From NCBI GenBank assembly GCA_963744115.1, contig CAVUSI010000002.1, forward strand, positions 389,380-453,379: a stretch of DNA of 64,000 nt, given 5' to 3'. This stretch comes from an uncultured Chloroflexia bacterium (lineage in GTDB: Bacteria; Chloroflexota; Limnocylindria; Limnocylindrales; CSP1-4). The notes below the pieces were generated by a model. It saw only the letters and a list, made by a program, of their open reading frames with translations. It was not told where the DNA came from and ran no database searches. The translations under genes were made by a program, and so were the position numbers. How positions within the stretch are numbered: position 1 is the first letter of the stretch; every line of letters begins with the position of its first letter. Positions 35,078 to 44,868 of the stretch are shown one piece after another.

Positions 35078-36367
35078 ATGCCCGTCCGCCTCGGCCTGGT
35101 GGTCGCCCTCCTGGTCCCGCTCCTCGGCGGATCGCTCGGGTCGCCCCTGACGGCGAGCGGCGATGAACTGTCGCAGGCGCTCGCCCGCCAGAAGGCCATC
35201 GCGGCCAAGATCGCGGCCCAGAAGAAGATGGTCGCCGAGCTCAATGGACTCCAGGCCGACCTCCGGGTCACGATCGCCTCGACCGGAGCCAAGCTCGACG
35301 GGATCAACGCCGACCTGGCCGACGTCAAGGTCGAGGTCAAGCAGGCGACCGCCCGGGTCAACGCCGTCCGCACCGTCTACAACCAGCAGGTCGCCGACCT
35401 GGCCGATCTCGACGCCCAGCTGGCGGAGATCCAGACCGAGGAGGTCGCCAAGGCGGCCGAGCTGGTCGACCGCAAGGATCTCCTGGCCGACCACGTCCGG
35501 GCCGCCTACGACAGCGATCGGACCAGTCTCCTCGAGACGATCCTGTCGGCCGACTCGTTCTCCGACGCACTGTCCGACGTCGGGTACCTCATCGACATCG
35601 GGAACCAGGACAAGGCGCTCGCCGCCCAGATCGTCGAGGACCAGAAGACCCTGAGCGCGCTGCGCGACACGGTCTTCCAGACCCGCTTCGACACCGCCCA
35701 GCTGCGAGCCGCGACGGCCGCTCAGAAGAAGGTCCTCGACGGCAGCCTGGCCGATCTCAAGAAGGCGCGCGCCCGGCTCAAGAAGCTCGAGCTCGCGACC
35801 GCCCAGCAGCTGGCCCTCCAGCGGAAGGCCTACCGCAACATCGCGGTCAACAAGGCCGCCGCCAAGAAGATCCTCGCCAACGAGGCGAGGGAGAACGCAT
35901 CGATCGACCGCAAGATCCGTGAGCTGATGGCGTCGCAGGGCAACGGCGGCGGCGTCCCGTCGCAGTACAGCGGCACCCTCGCCTGGCCGCTCTCCGGGAC
36001 GGTCACCCAGGAGTTCGGCTGCACCGGGTTCCCCTGGGAGCCGCCGCTCGGCAACTGCAGCCACTTCCACACCGGCATCGACATCGCCGACCCGCTCGGC
36101 ACCCGGATCCATGCCGCCGGCGACGGCAAGGTGCTCTACGCCGGCCCGCTGTCGGACGGTGCCTGGGTCGTGATCATCGCCCACAGCGCGAACCTGATCA
36201 CGCTGTACGGGCACGTCAAGACGAACATCCCCGTCCGGGCGGGCCAGATGGTCAAGAAGGGCCAGCTCATCGCCTATGTCGGGATGACCGGACACACCAC
36301 CGGGCCGCACCTGCACTGGGCGGTCAAGCTCGGTGACCGCTGGGTCAACCCGCGCCTGTTCCTGTAG
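35078..36367 (+). CDS. secreted coiled-coil M23 peptidoglycan DD-metalloendopeptidase
   Basis: ORF 34997..36367, with ATG 35078 giving a signal peptide. Long coiled coil, then HFHTGIDI...[10 protein letters not shown]. Confidence 0.85.
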   Translation: MPVRLGLVVALLVPLLGGSLGSPLTASGDELSQALARQKAIAAKIAAQKKMVAELNGLQADLRVTIASTGAKLDGINADLADVKVEVKQATARVNAVRTVYNQQVADLADLDAQLAEIQTEEVAKAAELVDRKDLLADHVRAAYDSDRTSLLETILSADSFSDALSDVGYLIDIGNQDKALAAQIVEDQKTLSALRDTVFQTRFDTAQLRAATAAQKKVLDGSLADLKKARARLKKLELATAQQLALQRKAYRNIAVNKAAAKKILANEARENASIDRKIRELMASQGNGGGVPSQYSGTLAWPLSGTVTQEFGCTGFPWEPPLGNCSHFHTGIDIADPLGTRIHAAGDGKVLYAGPLSDGAWVVIIAHSANLITLYGHVKTNIPVRAGQMVKKGQLIAYVGMTGHTTGPHLHWAVKLGDRWVNPRLFL

Positions 36368-36502
36368 CCGGCCGAGGCGCAGCCGCGCGTCCGAACGTTG
36401 ACCGGAGGTTGATGCGGCGCGCCATCGAACGTCCACGGCCCCCGTGCTAGCATCGGGTCACGAGGGTTCTGGGACCTGGGCCACAGCGCGAAGGGGCGTC
36501 TG

Positions 36503-37876
36503 ATGAGACCGACCATGGCCGTGATCCTCGCCGGCGGCGAAGGCGAGCGCCTGTCCATCCTGTCCTCCCTCCGGGCCAAGCCCGCGGTGCCGTTCGGCGG
36601 CAAGTACCGGATCATCGACTTCACCCTGAGCAACTGCGTCAACTCCGGGATCACCGACGTCGTGGTCCTGACCCAGTACAACCCCCGCTCGCTGAACGAT
36701 CACATCGGGCTGGGTCGGCCGTGGGACCTCGACCGGAACACCGGCGGGGTCAAGATGCTCCAGCCCTACATCGCCCGCGGTCGCGTGGCGGAGTGGTACC
36801 GCGGGACCGCCGACGCGGTCCTCCAGAACTTCAACGTGATCGAGCACGGCGTGTCGGACGAGGTCCTCATCCTGGCCGGGGACCACATCTACAAGATGGA
36901 CTACACGCCGTTCCTGGCCGCTCATCGCCGGCGCCGGGCGGACGTGACCATCGCCGTCCGCCGGGTCCCGCTGTCCGATGCGACCCGCATGGGGATCCTG
37001 GCGATGGACGACCAGAACCGGGTCGTCGAGTGGCAGGAGAAGCCGAAGCAGCCGAAGAGCGACCTCGCCAGCATGGGCGTCTACGTCTTCTCGAGGAAGG
37101 CGCTCCGCCGCTGGCTGGACGAGTCGAGGACGGACTTCGGGAGCCACGTGGTCCCGGCCATGATCGACGGCGGAGCCCGCGTCTTCGGCTACCGGTTCGA
37201 CGGCTACTGGCAGGACGTCGGGACGATCCAATCCTACTGGGAGGCCAACATGGCGCTCCTCGAGGACCACCCCGAGCTCGACCTGTACGACAAGGACTGG
37301 CTCATCCACACGCGCTCCGAGGAGCGCGCGCCGGCCAAGATCGGGCCGACCGCGCAGGTCCACCGGAGCCTCATCAGCCACGGCTGCATCGTCGACGGGA
37401 CGGTCGTCAACTCCGTCCTGTCGCCGGGCGTCCGGGTCGAGGTCGGAGCGGTCGTCCGCGACTCGATCCTGATGTTCGACACGATCATCCGCCGCGGCGC
37501 GATCGTCGACCGCTCCATCCTCGACAAGGAGGTCGTGGTCGGCCCGGGGGCGATCGTCGGTGACGGCGGCGACGACACACCGAACCGGCGCGAGCCGACC
37601 CGGCTGAACAGCGGCATCAGCGTCATCGGCAAGCGTTCGGTGATCCCCCGCGGCGCCAAGATCGGCCGCAACGTCAAGGTCGGCGAGAGCTGCCGGCCGG
37701 CCGACTTCCCGAGTCGCGTGGTCAGGAGCGGTGGCTCGGTCGAGCGCACCGACTCCCCGCGGACCCAGCGCGCGGCAGCGGCCTCGGCGCTGGCGGCGAC
37801 CGCGGTCGACCACCCGGTCGACGCGACGACCGTCGTCCGGGCCGAGGCCGGCGTCTCGAGGCGCGCCCGGGATTGA
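36503..37876 (+). CDS. glgC: glucose-1-phosphate adenylyltransferase
   Basis: ORF 36503..37876. [27 protein letters not shown], and a left-handed beta-helix C-terminal half. TAGCAT -10 about 50 nt upstream. Confidence 0.9.
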   Translation: MRPTMAVILAGGEGERLSILSSLRAKPAVPFGGKYRIIDFTLSNCVNSGITDVVVLTQYNPRSLNDHIGLGRPWDLDRNTGGVKMLQPYIARGRVAEWYRGTADAVLQNFNVIEHGVSDEVLILAGDHIYKMDYTPFLAAHRRRRADVTIAVRRVPLSDATRMGILAMDDQNRVVEWQEKPKQPKSDLASMGVYVFSRKALRRWLDESRTDFGSHVVPAMIDGGARVFGYRFDGYWQDVGTIQSYWEANMALLEDHPELDLYDKDWLIHTRSEERAPAKIGPTAQVHRSLISHGCIVDGTVVNSVLSPGVRVEVGAVVRDSILMFDTIIRRGAIVDRSILDKEVVVGPGAIVGDGGDDTPNRREPTRLNSGISVIGKRSVIPRGAKIGRNVKVGESCRPADFPSRVVRSGGSVERTDSPRTQRAAAASALAATAVDHPVDATTVVRAEAGVSRRARD

Positions 37877-37945
37877 CCGGGCCCGGGACCCATCGGGCCC
37901 GCGGTGGATGGACCTTCGGCGGTCCTCGGCTAGACTGTCCCGGCC

Positions 37946-38512
37946 ATGTCACCGAACGGATCGGACATCGCCGCGCGGCGTCAGGCGCGGCCGGTCGACC
38001 CTGAACCCGAGCCGATCCCCGCGGCGACCGTCGCGGGCTGGCTGACCGACCTCGGGGCGAACCCCGGCGAACGGGTCGAGCGCGACGGGATCGTGGCCTG
38101 GGACCTCGAGCTCGACGGTCGGCGGCGGTTCGACGTCCGGATCACCGTCATCCTCGACCCGAGCCTGGGGATCATCACCTGGGTCCACTTCGCGCCGCCG
38201 ATCGGCGACGGGTTCCGCAAGTCGTATCGGATGCTCCTGCGCTGGAACGACGAGTTCCCGTTCGTGAAGTTCTCGATCGCGGAGGACGGGCGTCCCACGC
38301 TCAGCAGCGAGATCCCAGCTCGGTTCGCCGATCGTGACGAGCTCGGCCTGGCCCTGGCCCGGTCGCTGGCGATCTGCGACGCGCTCCTGCCCGAGTCGGC
38401 GGGTTGGCTGTGGATCGGCGGCCGGATCCCCGACCAGGGACCGCGGCGGTCGCGCAACGAGGCGCTTCTTGCCCGCTACGCTGACCGCCTCCCGGAGCTG
38501 CTCGGCTCGTGA
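37946..38512 (+). CDS. YbjN-like (putative sensory/chaperone-fold) domain protein
   Basis: ORF 37946..38512. Family assignment is from overall resemblance only. TAGACT lies 9 nt before the ATG. Confidence 0.55.
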   Translation: MSPNGSDIAARRQARPVDPEPEPIPAATVAGWLTDLGANPGERVERDGIVAWDLELDGRRRFDVRITVILDPSLGIITWVHFAPPIGDGFRKSYRMLLRWNDEFPFVKFSIAEDGRPTLSSEIPARFADRDELGLALARSLAICDALLPESAGWLWIGGRIPDQGPRRSRNEALLARYADRLPELLGS

Positions 38513-40492
38513 CCGGACGGATCCGCGCTCGGCTCTGCGACCCTGGCGGGGGCGATCCTGCTGGGTGTCCCGCTCGCCCTCGCGCCCCAGTTCGCGACGC
38601 CGGCGGCCGCGGCGCCTCCGCGGCTGACGCTCGTCGGGGCGGCGCACTACGAGGTCCAGCCGGAGCACCGCCGGGTCCACATCACGGTCGATCTGACCGC
38701 GACGAACCACGCCACCGGGACGATGACGACGAACTACGTCTATGACCGGGCGAACCTGTCGGTCCTGCCGGGGACGACCGCGTTCCGGGCCACGAGCGGC
38801 GGGAAGAAGGTGCCGGTGGGGGTCGTCTCGCGCTCTGCCAAGGCGACCCTCCTCAGCATCCACTTCGCCGGGCGCCTCGGCGCCGGGAAGTCGACCGCGA
38901 TCCACTTGGCCTTCGAGCTGCCCGATCCGGGCGGCAAGGCGTCGCGGTCGGTCCGGATCGGGCCGTCGATCGCAGCATTCCCGGTGTGGGCCTACGGGAC
39001 CCGCGCCACACCGGGCTCGTCGGTCACCGTGCGGTTCCCGTCCGGCTACAAGGTCTCGGCCGTGACCGGGCGACTCGGCAAGCCGGTGACCGCCGCGGAC
39101 GGGACGACGACGCTGTCGTCGCCCGTCCTGGCGGACCCCATGGCGCTGTCGGGCTACGTCCTCGCCGACCGCCCCGGCGCCTACGCCGAGACGGCCGTCG
39201 ACGTCGACGTGGGTGGCACGCCGGCCCACTTCGTCGTCCGCGGCTGGAAGGACGATCCCACGTGGGCGAAGCGGACCGCCGCGTTGCTGAAGCGCGCACT
39301 CCCGGCGCTCGGCACCGCCATCGGCACGCCGTACCCGCGGGCGGGCACGATCGCGATCGAGGAGGCGGTCTCGCGTTCCATCGGCGGGCAGGCGGCCGTC
39401 TACGACCCGACGTCGCGGACGATCCGGGTCGCCTACACGGCGCCTCCCGAAGTGCTCGTCCGCGAGGCGGCCCACCTGTGGTTCGACGGCTCGGTGTTCG
39501 CCGATCGATGGGCGGTCGAGGGATTGACCACCCTCGCGGCGGACCGCGCCGCGAAGCGACTGGGCCTCGGGCCCGGGACCGGGTCCGCGCTGCCGGCGAC
39601 GTCGAGCGCTGCCTTCCCGCTCAACGCCTGGACGGCGGATCCGGCCCGGTCGCCGACCGACCCGACCGAGGCGTACGGGTACGCGGCGTCGGGCCAGCTC
39701 CTTCGACTGATCGAGGCGCGGACGGGCCCGGATGGTCTTCGGGCCGTGATGGCCGCGGCCGCGGCCCGTGCGGCCCAGGGCCCGACCGACTGGCGCGGCT
39801 TGCTCGATCTGCTCCGGACCGAGGCGGGGGTCGACGCGACCGACCTGTGGCGGTCGTGGGTCGCCCGGCCGGAGGACGGCGCGCTTCTCGATACCCGCGC
39901 CAGGCTGGCCTTCGAGCACGATGCCCTGGTCGGGGAGGCGGACGGCTGGGCCCTGCCCGCCGAGATCGACCAGGCCCTGTCCGTCTGGCGATTCGACACG
40001 GCCGAGGCGGACATGGCCGCCGCGCGCAACGTCCTCGGGGCGCGGGACGACCTGGCCGTCGCGGCCGCCGTGGCGGGGCTCGAGCCGTCGGGCAACCTCC
40101 GAACGGCCTTCGAGAGCGGCGACCCGGCGACCGCCGCCGCCGAGGCCGCGGTCGAGCGGACGATCATCGACCAGATCGTCGCGGCGGAGGCCGCCGGGGC
40201 GGCCGCCTCGTCGTCCTGGCTGGACCGACTCGGGCTCCTGGGCCAGGATCCGACGGTCCAGCTGGCGGCCGCCCGGGCAGCATTCGACGCGGGCGACCTG
40301 ACGGCGGCCCAGGCCGCCGCGATCGCAGCCCGGGAGGCCTGGGCCGGGGCGGCGGACCTCGGTGGGCTGCGGCTCCGGTCGATCGGGGCCATCGCCCTGA
40401 TCGTCCTGCTCATCGTCCTGCTCATCGCGACGCGCGCCCGCCGCCAACCGCGCCGTCGCTCGCGGATCGGGTACGAATCCGAGATCGGATGA
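38509..40492 (+). CDS. M1 aminopeptidase-like exported protein with degenerate zinc motif and C-terminal TM anchor; 5' end frame problem
   Basis: ORF 38723..40492. Coding signal and a signal-peptide-like SATLAGAILLGVPLALAP extend upstream to 38513 with no in-frame start. GTG 38509 (GTGA overlap with the ybjN-like stop) is in the neighbouring frame. REAAHLWF...WAVEG replaces HExxH...E. Confidence 0.6.
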
Positions 40493-40622
40493 GCTCCTCG
40501 CGGCGCGCCGCGACTGCTACACTGCCCAGCCAGTCGAGCCCGGTCGCCACGGGCGCGGACGAAGGAGCCGATCCGATCGTGAGCGAGCCCACGGACACCC
40601 CGCACGACGAGGTCGCCGGCTG

Positions 40623-41654
40623 ATGGGGATCCTGCGGGTGCGGCCGTCCAACGAGATCCTGTCGGGCGAGTCGGCCGACGTCTACTTCGCGCGGGCGGAC
40701 CAGATCCTCGCCGAGGGTGGGCTCGACCCGATCGTCGCGATGGAGGTGTTCAGCCGCGAATCCGGGATCCTGTGCGGGATCGACGAGGCGAAGAACCTCA
40801 TCGCCCACGTCCTGGGCGAGGCGGACCAGGACGAGATAACGATCGAGGCGCTCGACGACGGCGACACATTCTCGCCCAAGGAGGTCGTCCTCAGGATCCG
40901 CGCCCGGTATCGTCAGTTCGGCCTGTACGAGACCGCGATCCTCGGGATGCTCGCCCAGTCGACCGGCTGGGCGACCGCCGCCCGCGAATGCGTCGAAGCG
41001 GCCTCCCCCAACCCGGTGATCTCCTTCGGTGCCCGCCACGTCCACCCGGACATCACCGACGTCCTCGACTATGCCGCGATCGTCGGCGGCTGTGTCGGTG
41101 CGTCGACCCCGGCCGGGGCTCGGCTGGCCGGGCTCAATCCGACCGGGACGATGCCCCACTCCCTGGTGCTGATCTTCGGGGACACGGTCCAAGCGGCTCA
41201 GGCGTTCGACCGGGCGATGGGACCGGATGTGCCCCGGATCGTCCTGATCGACACGTTCAAGGACGAGGCGGAAGAGGCCCTCCGGGTCGCGCACGCGCTG
41301 GGCGACCGGCTGTACGGGGTCCGGCTGGACACGCCGGCCGAGCGTGGTCGGGTCACGGCCGACCTGGTCACCGAGATCCGGGCGCGGCTCGACCTCGAGG
41401 GCTTCCAGCACGTCAAGATCGTCGTGTCCGGCGGGCTCAGTCCGGACCGGATCCGCTACTTCGTGGAGAACGGTGCGCCGGTCGACTCGTACGCCGTCGG
41501 GTCGTACATCAGCGGCGCCAGCCCGATCGACTTCACCGGCGACATCAAGGAGATCGATGGCCGGGCGATCGCCAAGCGCGGCCGGATCCCCGGGCTGACC
41601 GACAGCCCGCGGTTGCGCCCGGTCGACCTCGCCGGATGGAACTCCGGAGGCTAG
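40623..41654 (+). CDS. nicotinate phosphoribosyltransferase family protein (type II PRTase fold)
   Basis: ORF 40623..41654. ADVYFARA...SFGARHVHP...MPHSLVLIFGD...GVRLDTP...VSGGL. Confidence 0.8.
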   Translation: MGILRVRPSNEILSGESADVYFARADQILAEGGLDPIVAMEVFSRESGILCGIDEAKNLIAHVLGEADQDEITIEALDDGDTFSPKEVVLRIRARYRQFGLYETAILGMLAQSTGWATAARECVEAASPNPVISFGARHVHPDITDVLDYAAIVGGCVGASTPAGARLAGLNPTGTMPHSLVLIFGDTVQAAQAFDRAMGPDVPRIVLIDTFKDEAEEALRVAHALGDRLYGVRLDTPAERGRVTADLVTEIRARLDLEGFQHVKIVVSGGLSPDRIRYFVENGAPVDSYAVGSYISGASPIDFTGDIKEIDGRAIAKRGRIPGLTDSPRLRPVDLAGWNSGG

Positions 41655-41670
41655 ACGCGGGCGACGGGCG

Positions 41671-42597
41671 CTATCCGCGGGCGGCGATGAGCCCCGGCGG
41701 GACCGACGGCACCACCCAGTGCGGCCACTCCACGGTCGCCTCGAAGCCTTCCTGGCGGTAGAGCTCGAGCGCCCGCTGGTTGCGGGCCTCGACCGACAGC
41801 TCGACCTCGTCCATACCGAGCGAGCGCAGCCGCCCCACGCCCCAGCGCAGGAGCTGGCGGCCCAGGCCGCGACCACGCCACTCCGGAAGCAACCCGACGA
41901 TCCCGATCTCACCCCGGCGACGCCCGTCGTCTCCCGGCAGCTCGAGCGTCCGGCAGAACCCGACCAGGTGGTCCGGGTCCGAGCGCGGCGCGACGATCAG
42001 CACCCCGCTCGGATCGAAGTCGGGTCGGGCGTGGATCTCGCGGATGTACTCGTCCGGCCAGGACAGCGGCGATGGATGATCCTCGAACGCACGGTTGATC
42101 AAGCTCACGTACCGATCGTCGTCGGCGCCGGGCCGGATCGCGCGGACGACGACATCGGGCGGGAACGTCGCTGGCGGCACCGCATGTCCGGCCGGCAGGA
42201 CGAACTGCCAGAGGCTCGACCGGTAGACGGCACCGAGCGCGTCGATGAACGCCGCGGCGTCGGGCCGGGTGCGGTCACCCCACAGCGAGAGCTCGTCGAT
42301 CCCCTGTCGGGCGACGAGGACCCGGGCGGCCTCGACGAGCCGACGTCCGTGCCCCCGGCGGCGGAACGCCGGGTGGACCGTCAGCGCGTCGTTCCGCGGC
42401 GTGCACTGCCCGACGACGCGCCCGTCCTCGAGGGCGACGACCGTGCTCTCCGGGAAGAGCGCAAGCCGCTCGATCATCCAGCCGATCTCGGCGCGGCTGG
42501 AGCCCGGCAGCGGCCGGTCGTCGAAGCTCGCCAGCTCCAGCTCCAGGACGGCCGGCGCATCGGCGGGCACGAACGCCCGGACGGCCCGGTCGGTCAT
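41671..42597 (-). CDS. mshD: tandem-GNAT acetyltransferase, mycothiol synthase (MshD)-like
   Basis: ORF 41671..42597 with two GNAT cores (VHPAFRRRGHGRRLV; LLPEWRGRGLGRQLL). Length and architecture match MshD. Confidence 0.6.
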   Translation of the reverse strand: MTDRAVRAFVPADAPAVLELELASFDDRPLPGSSRAEIGWMIERLALFPESTVVALEDGRVVGQCTPRNDALTVHPAFRRRGHGRRLVEAARVLVARQGIDELSLWGDRTRPDAAAFIDALGAVYRSSLWQFVLPAGHAVPPATFPPDVVVRAIRPGADDDRYVSLINRAFEDHPSPLSWPDEYIREIHARPDFDPSGVLIVAPRSDPDHLVGFCRTLELPGDDGRRRGEIGIVGLLPEWRGRGLGRQLLRWGVGRLRSLGMDEVELSVEARNQRALELYRQEGFEATVEWPHWVVPSVPPGLIAARG

Positions 42598-43118
42598 GCC
42601 CGGGGGCCGACGCCGGCGCGGATCCGCGCGACCCGGAGGAGGCCGACGATCGACTTGGCGTCGGCGATCCGGCCATCCTCGGCGGCCGAGACGGCGGCCT
42701 CGAACGGCACCCGGACGACGACCAGCGCTTCGTCGTCGTCGGGACCGAGTCGTCCCTCGACCGCGGACGACAGGCCGGTCGCGAGATAGAGGTGGATCAC
42801 CTCGGTCGAGAACCCGGGCGCGGGCCAGAACGCGCCGAGCCCCAGCCAGGTCGTCGCGCGCTGGCCGGTCTCCTCCTCGAGCTCGCGCGCCGCCGTCCGA
42901 TCCGGATCCTCGACGTCGCCGGTGGCCTCGTCGACGTCGCGTGTCCCCGCCGGGATCTCGAGCAGGGTCCGCTCGGCGGCCGTCCGGAATTGGCGGACGA
43001 GCAGGACCCGGTCCTCGTCGTCGACGGCCACGATGGCCACGGCGCCGGGGTGGGCGACGATCTCGCGCTGGTGTCGCGAACCGTCGTGCCGCTCGATGGT
43101 GTCGACCCGGAACGCCAT
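42594..43118 (-). CDS. NUDIX hydrolase (ADP-ribose pyrophosphatase-like)
   Basis: ORF 42594..43118. Nudix box GTRDVDE...AARELEEETGQ. ATGA overlap with the GNAT gene. Confidence 0.85.
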   Translation of the reverse strand: MAFRVDTIERHDGSRHQREIVAHPGAVAIVAVDDEDRVLLVRQFRTAAERTLLEIPAGTRDVDEATGDVEDPDRTAARELEEETGQRATTWLGLGAFWPAPGFSTEVIHLYLATGLSSAVEGRLGPDDDEALVVVRVPFEAAVSAAEDGRIADAKSIVGLLRVARIRAGVGPRA

Positions 43119-43145
43119 CGTCCGGCCGCGATGGACGACCCTCGA

Positions 43146-43190
43146 GTCGACGGTCGTCTCGCGGAGCTCCTCCTCCGCGAGACGGTCGAC
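43146..43190 (-). terminator. long hairpin (11 bp + 6 bp) after msiK
   Basis: gtcgac-ggtc-gtctcgcggag-ctcctc-ctccgcgagac-g-gtcgac, in the 104-nt gap between the msiK stop and the Nudix start. Confidence 0.5.
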
Positions 43191-43222
43191 GAACGGATCG
43201 ATGGTCGAGTCCCGGGGTGAGG

Positions 43223-44434
43223 TCAGGCGACCGGGGCCTGCGGTGCGGGCGGAGCCGCCTCGGGGATCGCCGCCTCGGGGATGGCCGCCGCGGGCGTCGT
43301 CGCGACCTCGGGCGCCGGAGCGGCGGCCGAGGCGAGGTCGAGGCTCGCCAGCGAGATCCCGGTTTCGACGTCGAACAGGTGGAGCTTGGACAGCGGGACG
43401 ACGAGGTCGAGGATGTCGCCCGGCCGGACCCGGTGCTCGGCCCCGACCACCGCCACGAGGTCCTTGCCGCCGATCGTCACGTGGAGGAGCTGGTCATTGC
43501 CGAGGTACTCGACGACGTCGGCCGTCGCGCGGACCGTCCCGGCGGCCCCGGCGACGGCGCCCATCTCCAGGTGCTCCGGCCGGATTCCCGCGACGAGCTT
43601 GCGCGCGGTCATCGGGCCGACCGCGTCGCGCAGACGAGCCGGGAGCGGCAGGCTGACCCCCGCGCCTTCGATGGTCGCGCCATCGCCGCTGCCTTTGACC
43701 TCGACGTCGATGAAGTTCATCGCCGGACTGCCGATGAACCCGGCGACGAACCGGTTGACCGGCGTGTCGTAGAGGACCTGTGGGCTGCCGACCTGCTGGA
43801 GCAAGCCGTCGCTCATGACCGCGATCCGGGTGCCCATCGTCATCGCTTCGATCTGGTCGTGGGTGACGTAGACCATCGTCGTCTTGAGGCGCTGGTGGAG
43901 CCGGGCGATCTCGGCCCGGGTCTGGACGCGGAGCTTCGCATCGAGGTTGGACAGCGGCTCGTCCATCAGGAAGACGGCCGGCTCGCGGACGATCGCCCGA
44001 CCGAGCGCGACGCGCTGGCGCTGGCCGCCGGACAGCTCCTTGGGCTTGCGCGCGAGGAGCTTGCCGAGGTCGAGGATCGCCGCGGCCTCCTGGACCCGCT
44101 TGTCGATGTCGCCCTTGGGCACCTTGCGCAGCTTCAGGCCGAAGGCGAGGTTGTCGTACACGGTCATGTGCGGGTAGAGGGCGTAGCTCTGGAAGACCAT
44201 CGCGATATCGCGATCCTTGGGGGCCACGTCGTTGACCACCCGGTCGCCGATCTTGAGGATGCCCTCGGAGATCTCCTCGAGACCGGCGATCATCCGCAGG
44301 CTGGTGGTCTTGCCACACCCGGATGGGCCGACCAGGACCATGAACTCGCCGTCCTGGATCGCGAGGTTGAGGTCGTTGACCGCGAGGACCTCACCGTATT
44401 TCTTGGTGACGTGCTCGAAGGTGACCGTCGCCAT
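43223..44434 (-). CDS. msiK: sugar ABC transporter ATP-binding protein (MsiK/UgpC/MalK type)
   Basis: Last 403 codons of ORF 43223..44560 from ATG 44434. GPSGCGKTT, LSGGQRQRVALGRA, FLMDEPLSNLD, a TOBE-like C-domain and an Ala/Pro-rich tail. Confidence 0.9.
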   Translation of the reverse strand: MATVTFEHVTKKYGEVLAVNDLNLAIQDGEFMVLVGPSGCGKTTSLRMIAGLEEISEGILKIGDRVVNDVAPKDRDIAMVFQSYALYPHMTVYDNLAFGLKLRKVPKGDIDKRVQEAAAILDLGKLLARKPKELSGGQRQRVALGRAIVREPAVFLMDEPLSNLDAKLRVQTRAEIARLHQRLKTTMVYVTHDQIEAMTMGTRIAVMSDGLLQQVGSPQVLYDTPVNRFVAGFIGSPAMNFIDVEVKGSGDGATIEGAGVSLPLPARLRDAVGPMTARKLVAGIRPEHLEMGAVAGAAGTVRATADVVEYLGNDQLLHVTIGGKDLVAVVGAEHRVRPGDILDLVVPLSKLHLFDVETGISLASLDLASAAAPAPEVATTPAAAIPEAAIPEAAPPAPQAPVA

Positions 44435-44832
44435 GGCGCGCACTCCCGTTCCACCGAGCCGTCGCGAGCCCATGCATCCGGCCGCCTGGGCGGACTCGGA
44501 CGGGCTCCGTACGCGACCCGTTGGTCGACCGCATCGTAGCACCGGGCGGACCGGCCGCAACCGGTTCGAACGAGATCAGTCGGCTTGGCCGCAACCGTGC
44601 GTCCACGCCTCATGGCCCACTCCCAGTGGGGGAATCAAGGGTCGGCACGCTTGTCTACCCACCACTGACGACGCAGGAGGGCGGGTGACCGAGCGCGGGA
44701 CAGGCCCGAACGACCACCGGGAGTGGTCGACCTGGACCGAGCCAGCGTCGACGGGCCTCAGACCTTCGCCTTGCGCGCGGACGTGGGCACCGGTCCGGTT
44801 CGACTCGGCGCCCGAGTGGGGGTCCTCGCCAC

Positions 44833-44856
44833 GATCGGCGTCAGGCGACGGCGATC
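44833..44856 (-). terminator. weak hairpin 13 nt after the SulP stop
   Basis: gatcggcgtc-aggc-gacggcgatc (10-bp stem, one mismatch), no U-tract. Confidence 0.3.
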
Positions 44857-44868
44857 TCGACGATCGGT

